Virus record (IMG/VR): IMGVR_UViG_3300017780_001329
Span: 1-37,364 of that record
DNA: 37,364 nt
Source: a virus
Taxonomy: Duplodnaviria > Caudoviricetes
Reading direction: 5' to 3' (one strand)
The first letter of the stretch is position 1, and the number at the start of each line of letters is the position of its first letter. Both the position numbers and the translations under genes were made by a program. Positions 31,433-37,364 of the stretch are shown piece by piece. Below the pieces are notes generated by a model that was given only the letters and a program-made list of their open reading frames with translations, had not been told where the DNA came from and did no database searches.

Positions 31433-33211
31433 ATGCCCCCGCTTAAGGTAGAAGGGCTGGACCTTCCGGTAGAGATCGCCGGGAGCACGCCGACGCCAGA
31501 AGAGCATGCGTTTATTATGCAGCTTCTCGCGTCGCGCTCTGCCGCGTCTGCGCCGACGCCTTCTGCGCCGAAAGCTCTTAAGGAGTACGACGCCGCTGAC
31601 GTTCCTCTGACAGCCATCAGCAATCTCCCTGCCTCGGCGCTCACCGAAGCCAAGAATATGGTCGAGGGTGTCAGCCACATGGTGCAGCACCCCCAAGACA
31701 CAGCATCGTCGCTAGGCCGACTTGCACTTACGGCAAACCCGCTTTCTCCGATCCTGAACTCCGTCATCCCGTACCTGCCGGAAGAAATGCAGGCCAAGGT
31801 CAAGCCCGCGCTCGATTGGATCAACGAGCCGAAGAACGCGATGATGCAGGAGTACGCCCAGAAGTACGGCGGCTGGGAGAACTTCAAGCGCACCGTCGCC
31901 GAGAACCCCGTCTCGTTCCTGATGGACCTGACGACTCCGTTCACGGGCGGCGCAGGCACGGCCACGAAGGCGACCACACTCCCCGGCAAGGTCGCGGGGG
32001 CGGTGGACAAGGTCGGACGGTTCGCCGCGAAGGCGTCCGATCCGGTGTCGGCAGCGGGTGCAGTTCTCAAGCGCGGCGTGGAGCCTGCGGTGACGGGCAT
32101 CATCGGCAAGACGACGGGTGTGGGAGAAGGCGCTCTTCGTGACGCAGCCAAGGCCGGATATGTGGGGGGCAAGCAGGCCGAAGACCTGACTACTGCCATG
32201 CGCCACGGCGTCCCTCTGGAGGACTTGGTCTCCGACGCCACACAAGGCATGAAGAACATCAAAGCGAAGGGCATGGCCGACTACAATGCTCGACGCAATG
32301 ATCCCACACACGGGTGGGCAAAGGACCCCACCACACTTAACTTCGCTCCTATTGAGCAGAAGTGGCACGACGTCCTCGACTCCATGAAGTCAAATGCCGG
32401 GACGCGCAAGGTTGGTGACGCCGAGTGGAACAAGATGCAGGAGATTGGCGAGGTCATCAATAAGTGGAAGTTCAATCCGCTTGAACACACCGCCGACGGA
32501 TTTGATGCGTTGAAGCAGCGCATTCGCGCGATTTACCCCGACGGCGTCCAACCGCAAGTCCAGCGCGCCGTGACGGCTATGGCTAATTCTGTCTCCGGCG
32601 AAATCACGAAGCAGGTCCCCGGCTACGCCACGGCAATGAAGAACTACTCCAAGATGTCGGACAGCGTCTGGGAAATGGAGAAGGCATTCAATCTGGGGGA
32701 CAAGAGTTCCCTGTACTCCGCTATGAGTAAGCTCCAGACGACGATGCGGAATGATGCCGCGAGCCAGCAGGGTGCCCGCACCCAGTTGCTCAAGCGTCTG
32801 GAAGACGAGGGTAACGTCTCCCTTCGCCCCCGCCTCGCTGGCGGGGCGCTCGAAGCGACAATGCCGCGAGGCATTGCGGGTGCCGTCACAGGAGCGGGAC
32901 TGGGTGGGGCTTCTGGACTGACTGCGGCAGCAATGATGGCGAACCCTTGGGCACTTGTAGCCGCCGTCCCCGGACTGTTGGCATCGTCGCCTCGCCTCAT
33001 GGGCGAATTGTACTACGGCGCAGGCAAGGCGGCTGGAGCACCCGGTCGGCTGGTCGACAAATTGCCGAGTCAGATTTCTACGCCCATCAAAGAGGTGGGT
33101 CGTGGTGCCTTCTCGCCGATGGCGCGGCAGGTCTACCGCATGGAGGGCGACAGCCTCCCCCCTGAAGAGCAGCGCGCACGCGGCGGCTACCTCCGCATGA
33201 GGGGCCGCTGA
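31433..33211 (+). CDS. Putative DNA ejection protein with C-terminal hydrophobic segment
   Basis: A.SNLP.SA, YGG.E..K...AENPV, G.DALKQ.I, SSPRLMGE motifs; ends RARGGYLRMRGR. Confidence 0.65.
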   Translation: MPPLKVEGLDLPVEIAGSTPTPEEHAFIMQLLASRSAASAPTPSAPKALKEYDAADVPLTAISNLPASALTEAKNMVEGVSHMVQHPQDTASSLGRLALTANPLSPILNSVIPYLPEEMQAKVKPALDWINEPKNAMMQEYAQKYGGWENFKRTVAENPVSFLMDLTTPFTGGAGTATKATTLPGKVAGAVDKVGRFAAKASDPVSAAGAVLKRGVEPAVTGIIGKTTGVGEGALRDAAKAGYVGGKQAEDLTTAMRHGVPLEDLVSDATQGMKNIKAKGMADYNARRNDPTHGWAKDPTTLNFAPIEQKWHDVLDSMKSNAGTRKVGDAEWNKMQEIGEVINKWKFNPLEHTADGFDALKQRIRAIYPDGVQPQVQRAVTAMANSVSGEITKQVPGYATAMKNYSKMSDSVWEMEKAFNLGDKSSLYSAMSKLQTTMRNDAASQQGARTQLLKRLEDEGNVSLRPRLAGGALEATMPRGIAGAVTGAGLGGASGLTAAAMMANPWALVAAVPGLLASSPRLMGELYYGAGKAAGAPGRLVDKLPSQISTPIKEVGRGAFSPMARQVYRMEGDSLPPEEQRARGGYLRMRGR

Positions 33212-34050
33212 TGGCCTCGCTCCTCGACGCCTACGCGCTGCCCGACGCCTTCCCCGAGCCGGGGAAGGCACGCCTGCCGCAGCGTCCGAAGGCGCTCCCC
33301 TTCCTCGAAGCGAAGATGCCGAAGACGCCTGAGCTTCCGTCCATCGAGTCGTACTCCAACGACGCGGCGCTCGCCGGAGTGGAGAAGGCGTTCAAGCCCG
33401 CCGCCGGAAACAGCAGCCAGTTGGCAGACATTCTGAAGCGGATCGAGGCGATGCGTCCCGGCGCGCTTGACACGTCTGGCGTCGCCCGCAACGGCTACTT
33501 CCAAGGCATGGCAGGCTCCGGCGCTCCGGTGCGCGGCCCCGCGATGTCCCCGATGTCTGGGCCTGATACGGGCGACTACGATCCCAACGCCAGCGTCGCG
33601 GGCGTGCCGGAGGGCTACTTCCGTTCGCTCTACGGCGTCGAGTCGAGCAACAACCCGAATGCGGTCAACACCGCGGGCGGCACCAACGCCTCCGGCCTCG
33701 GCGGGCTTCTGCCCGCCACCTACGCTGGGATCGTCAAGGAAGCGCCGCACCTCGGCCTCTCCCCCGACGGCATCCTCGACCCCGGCATGAACCGGCAGGC
33801 GACCGAGTACTACACGGCCAAGAGCGTCGGCATCCTGAAGGAACTCGGCATCCCCGTGACATCGCAGAACCTCTACGCGCTTCACCACTTCGGCTACGGC
33901 GGCGGCCCCAAGCTGATCGCCAACCAGTCGGCCCCATTGAAGTCGATCTTCGGACCTGAGATATTCCGGGCGAACCCCTACATGAACCAGTACCAGACGG
34001 GTGCCGACCTCATGGGCCTGTTCAATAAGAAGTTCGGAGGCACGCGGTGA
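33211..34050 (+). CDS. Virion-associated lytic transglycosylase (SLT/lysozyme-like)
   Basis: Catalytic VES(S)[29 protein letters not shown]. Confidence 0.75.
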   Translation: MASLLDAYALPDAFPEPGKARLPQRPKALPFLEAKMPKTPELPSIESYSNDAALAGVEKAFKPAAGNSSQLADILKRIEAMRPGALDTSGVARNGYFQGMAGSGAPVRGPAMSPMSGPDTGDYDPNASVAGVPEGYFRSLYGVESSNNPNAVNTAGGTNASGLGGLLPATYAGIVKEAPHLGLSPDGILDPGMNRQATEYYTAKSVGILKELGIPVTSQNLYALHHFGYGGGPKLIANQSAPLKSIFGPEIFRANPYMNQYQTGADLMGLFNKKFGGTR

Positions 34051-35858
34051 CCGAATATGTGACCCTCGTCCGGCGAGGGGGGACCCCCATCCGGCTTGCC
34101 AATGCGTTTGGAGCGCCCTACCCGACTTCGGGCACAGGCTCGTTGGTGTTCTCTGACTCTCCGACGCTTACCAACCCAATTCTTGTCAGCCCGACGGCTT
34201 CGGGAAACTTTGCAATATCAGGCAGTCTTACCGTTGGCACGACGTTGGCCGTGGCGGGTGCCACGACGCTGGCCGCGCTGACAGCCGCTAGTATCAACAA
34301 GGTTGTCGTGACGGCCCCGGCCACGACGGCCACCCTTACTTTGGCAGACAACAGCACGTTGCAGACTGTTGGCGCGTACACTTCGGCGCTCACTTTTACA
34401 GCGGCGACCAATGTCACCTTCCCAATATCCGGCACTTTGCTGTCGACTGCAAACCTAGGCACGGGCGTTGCGACGGCACTCGGTGTCAACGTCGGTTCTG
34501 CCGGTTCCTTTGTCGTCAATGGCGGCGTGCTGGGCACGCCCAGCAGCGGCACTCTTACGAACGCGACCGGCTTACCCTTGACGACGGGCGTCACAGGTAA
34601 TCTGCCGGTCACGAACTTGAATGGCGGTACGTCTGCGTCCGCCTCCACGTTCTGGTGCGGCGACGGCACATGGAGCACGCCCGCAGGCACTAGCGTCTCG
34701 ACTTTCAGTGCTGGCACGACCGGCTTCACGCCCAGCACCGGGACGGCGGGCGCAATTACGCTGGCAGGCACGCTCGTCTCGGCCAACGGCGGCACGGGCT
34801 TTTCGACCTACGCCGCTGGAGACATTGTTTACGCATCGGCTCTCAATACACTGTCGAAGCTGACGGCGGGAACCAACGGCTATGTCCTGACTTTAACGGC
34901 GGGGCTTCCGTCATGGGCCGCCAGCACGGGCGGCGTGACGAGCTTTTCCGCCGGTACGACCGGCCTCACGCCGTCCGGCGTCACGACCGGGGCTATCACC
35001 CTCGCCGGTACACTTGCCGTAGCCAACGGCGGCACGGGCGTCACGTCTTCGACGGGCACGGTCGCGGTCGTCTTGTCGAACAGTCCAGTACTGGTGACGC
35101 CCGACCTCGGCACGCCATCGGCAGCACTGCTGACGAACGCCACCGGCCTGCCGCTGACGACGGGCGTGACGGGTACTTTGCCCGCAGCCAACGGCGGCAC
35201 GGCGCAGTCTACTTATGCGACCGGCGACACGCTCTACGCCAGTGCGCTTAATACGGTGTCCAAGCTGACTATCGGCTCGACAGGTCAAGTGCTGACCGTC
35301 GCGGGCGGCGTCCCGACTTGGGCGACCAGCACGGGCGGCGTGACGAGCTTCTCGGCGGGCACGACGGGCCTCACGCCGTCAGGCGTTACCACGGGAGCGA
35401 TTGTACTGGCGGGCACGCTTGGGCCAGCCAACGGCGGGACGGGCGTCGTCAACAACGCGGCATCCACCATTACGATTACAGGCGCTTATTCGCTCGGCAT
35501 GACACTGACGGGCGCGACTTCGGTCACGCTACCGACCAGCGGCACGCTCGCCACGACCGCGCAGCTTGCGGCCTACCTGCCGCTGGCGGGCGGGACCATG
35601 GTGGGCGACATCCTGTTCACCGATAATCTTTACGACATCGGCAAGAGCGGCGCGACGCGGCCACGCGACGGCTACTTCAGCCGCGTCCTGTCGGCCTCCG
35701 TAGCGACCGCCGAGAACGGCATGTTCGTGAACAAGCAGACGGTCGCCGCCGACTACACCATCGCGTCTGGCTATAACGCCCTGTCGGCGGGTCCGGTCAC
35801 GGTGAACAGCGGCATCACCGTAACCGTTTCCTCTGGCAGCAGTTGGGCCGTCGTATGA
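34047..35858 (+). CDS. Tail fibre protein with internal repeats
   Basis: [13 protein letters not shown], five NGGT motifs, repeated [14 protein letters not shown] and [11 protein letters not shown]; C-terminal NALSAGP.T...G.TVTV.SGS.W. Confidence 0.85.
   Translation: MTEYVTLVRRGGTPIRLANAFGAPYPTSGTGSLVFSDSPTLTNPILVSPTASGNFAISGSLTVGTTLAVAGATTLAALTAASINKVVVTAPATTATLTLADNSTLQTVGAYTSALTFTAATNVTFPISGTLLSTANLGTGVATALGVNVGSAGSFVVNGGVLGTPSSGTLTNATGLPLTTGVTGNLPVTNLNGGTSASASTFWCGDGTWSTPAGTSVSTFSAGTTGFTPSTGTAGAITLAGTLVSANGGTGFSTYAAGDIVYASALNTLSKLTAGTNGYVLTLTAGLPSWAASTGGVTSFSAGTTGLTPSGVTTGAITLAGTLAVANGGTGVTSSTGTVAVVLSNSPVLVTPDLGTPSAALLTNATGLPLTTGVTGTLPAANGGTAQSTYATGDTLYASALNTVSKLTIGSTGQVLTVAGGVPTWATSTGGVTSFSAGTTGLTPSGVTTGAIVLAGTLGPANGGTGVVNNAASTITITGAYSLGMTLTGATSVTLPTSGTLATTAQLAAYLPLAGGTMVGDILFTDNLYDIGKSGATRPRDGYFSRVLSASVATAENGMFVNKQTVAADYTIASGYNALSAGPVTVNSGITVTVSSGSSWAVV
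34530..35450 (+). repeat. Shuffled fibre repeat blocks
   Basis: Three copies of (V)(S/T)(T/S)FSAGTTG.TPS....GAI.LAGTL..ANGGTG, two of TY..GD..YASALNT.SKLT.G, two of [14 protein letters not shown]; DNA repeat CCAGCACGGGCGGCGTGACGAGCTT at 34921 and about 35326. Confidence 0.85.
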
Positions 35859-36436
35859 GCACAATCAATCTTCAGGGCGCAACGAGCGGCACGATTGCCC
35901 TCGTCCCCACGGCTATCGCCGGATCGAACACGATCACAATCCCCGCCGAGACGGGGACGCTGCGCTCGACGGTATCGACCGGCACGGTGTTGCAGATCGT
36001 CAATTACCAGACGGGAGCGGTTGCGACGGGGACTACAATTATGCCGGTTGACGACACTATTCCTCAGAATACTGAAGGAAACGAGTACATGACCTTGGCT
36101 ATCACACCGAGGTCCGCCACCAGCAAGCTACTTATCGAAGTATCGGCCTGTATCACCAACAGTAACGCTGCCTCCACGAATGTGGGGGCGCTTTTTCAGG
36201 ACTCGACCGCTAACGCGCTCGCCGCTCGGCCTATGTATCAAGGCAACACTATTGGAGCGATGATCGCCGTGGTGCTTACTCACTACATGACTAGCGGCAC
36301 TACGAGCAGCACGACATTTAAGTTTCGGGCAGGCTCCAATTTAGCAGGCACGGCCACGTTCAATGGAACAGGGGGCGGCAGAATATTTGGGACAGTCATG
36401 GCCTCCTCCATCACCATCACCGAAGTCGTCCCATAA
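35855..36436 (+). CDS. Tail-fibre tip / receptor-binding module, paralog 1
   Basis: ATG 35855 (ATGA overlap); [41 protein letters not shown]. Confidence 0.78.
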   Translation: MSTINLQGATSGTIALVPTAIAGSNTITIPAETGTLRSTVSTGTVLQIVNYQTGAVATGTTIMPVDDTIPQNTEGNEYMTLAITPRSATSKLLIEVSACITNSNAASTNVGALFQDSTANALAARPMYQGNTIGAMIAVVLTHYMTSGTTSSTTFKFRAGSNLAGTATFNGTGGGRIFGTVMASSITITEVVP

Positions 36437-36446
36437 GGATCATCAC

Positions 36447-36752
36447 ATGAACAAGCACACCGATCAGGCTATCCGCAACACGCACCCGACCGTCGCCAAG
36501 ATCGTCTACAACGATCCCATCGAGGCGTTCGACGCGAGCGAGAAGCCCGTCACGCTCGACATGGGTCTGGTCGCCACGGAGATCGCCGTGCTGGAAGCCG
36601 CCGAGTACAAGGTCGCCTACCGCGAGCTTCGCCGCGTGGCGTACCCGCCCGTGGGCGACCAGTTGGATGCCATCTGGAAGGGCGGGCAGGAGCAGGCCGC
36701 CATGAAGGCCGCTATCGACAAGGTCAAGGCCGACTATCCGAAGCCCGCCTAG
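36447..36752 (+). CDS. Tail-fibre-associated chaperone-like small protein
   Basis: ATG 36447 with AAGGA RBS; Y...R...YP..GDQLDAIW...I..VK..YPK motif. Confidence 0.75.
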   Translation: MNKHTDQAIRNTHPTVAKIVYNDPIEAFDASEKPVTLDMGLVATEIAVLEAAEYKVAYRELRRVAYPPVGDQLDAIWKGGQEQAAMKAAIDKVKADYPKPA

Positions 36753-36764
36753 CGAGGAAGCACG

Positions 36765-37364
36765 ATGACCACGCAAGTAACCGGCAGCGGCGTCAACTTC
36801 AACGGCTCGACCAGCGGGACCATCCTGCTGACGCAGCCTGCTATTGCCGGGTCGAACACGATCACGCTGCCTGCGGAGACGGGCACGGCGCGGACGACGG
36901 TGTCGAGCGGGACGGTGTTGCAGAGCCTCTACACGCAGTCGGGGGCGTTGGCGACCGGGACCACGTTGATCCCCTACGACAACACGATTCCACAGAACAC
37001 CGAAGGCGATCAGTATTTCTCGCAAGCCATCACGCCGCGCAGCGCGACAAACATCCTCGTGATAGAAGTCGTGGCAATCTTCAGTTGCAATCCCGGCGCA
37101 GTCTACACGATGATTGGCGCGCTGTTTCAGGACAGCACTGCCAATGCCATCGCAACAACGGCTGCCTTCTCATCCAATGACAACGGCATCACCATACTGA
37201 CCCTGAAACACACGATGGTGGCAAGCACCACTTCAGCCACCACCTTCAAGTTCCGGGCGGGAAATAACACGGGCGGCACCACCTCCCTGAATGGGCAGGC
37301 GGGCGCTGGCCGCTTTGGAGGGACCTACGCCTCCTCCATCACCATCACCGAGGTCGTGCCATGA
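36765..37364 (+). CDS. Tail-fibre tip / receptor-binding module, paralog 2
   Basis: Clear paralog of 35855-36436 (shared [59 protein letters not shown]). Confidence 0.8.
   Translation: MTTQVTGSGVNFNGSTSGTILLTQPAIAGSNTITLPAETGTARTTVSSGTVLQSLYTQSGALATGTTLIPYDNTIPQNTEGDQYFSQAITPRSATNILVIEVVAIFSCNPGAVYTMIGALFQDSTANAIATTAAFSSNDNGITILTLKHTMVASTTSATTFKFRAGNNTGGTTSLNGQAGAGRFGGTYASSITITEVVP

Noticed and set aside
33211-34050. Endolysin of a lysis cassette
   Set aside because: No adjacent holin or spanin genes; it is coupled to ejection-protein genes, so a virion-associated role fits better
35855-37364. Diversity-generating retroelement (TR/VR pair) in the duplicated fibre tips
   Set aside because: Differences involve all four bases and many synonymous sites, both copies are intact ORFs, and no reverse transcriptase is in the window
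1-37364. Stop-codon reassignment
   Set aside because: Core genes are uninterrupted in the standard code, and TAG, TGA and TAA all serve as stops at sensible gene ends

Overview
The window is a GC-rich fragment of a dsDNA tailed-phage genome with podovirus (P22-like) gene order, and every credible gene is on the + strand. It starts in the 3' part of a primase/helicase gene, followed by an iteron-rich putative origin. Next come TerS, a few small accessory genes including an N6-adenine methyltransferase, TerL, a degenerate DHH-like gene, a 1948-aa multidomain 'polyvalent' protein and the portal. A cluster of basic micro-proteins, a GroES-like co-chaperonin and the scaffold precede a double terminator, promoter and structured RNA leader that head the capsid genes. 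The rest encodes adaptors, a tail fibre, the nozzle, a GNAT-like protein, DNA-ejection proteins, a lytic transglycosylase and further tail-fibre genes. The most striking signal is a short [FYMW]-x-x-G-G motif that occurs about 17 times in the 1948-aa protein, at the junctions between its candidate enzyme modules (JAB-like, two ART-like, ParB-like, glycosylase-like). It recurs as an 'RGGY(L/F)' tag in several putative ejection proteins, which suggests a shared processing or capsid-targeting code for injected effector cargo. No tRNA, CRISPR array, integrase or lysis cassette was recognised. All family assignments are by-eye motif recognition and synteny, not database searches.
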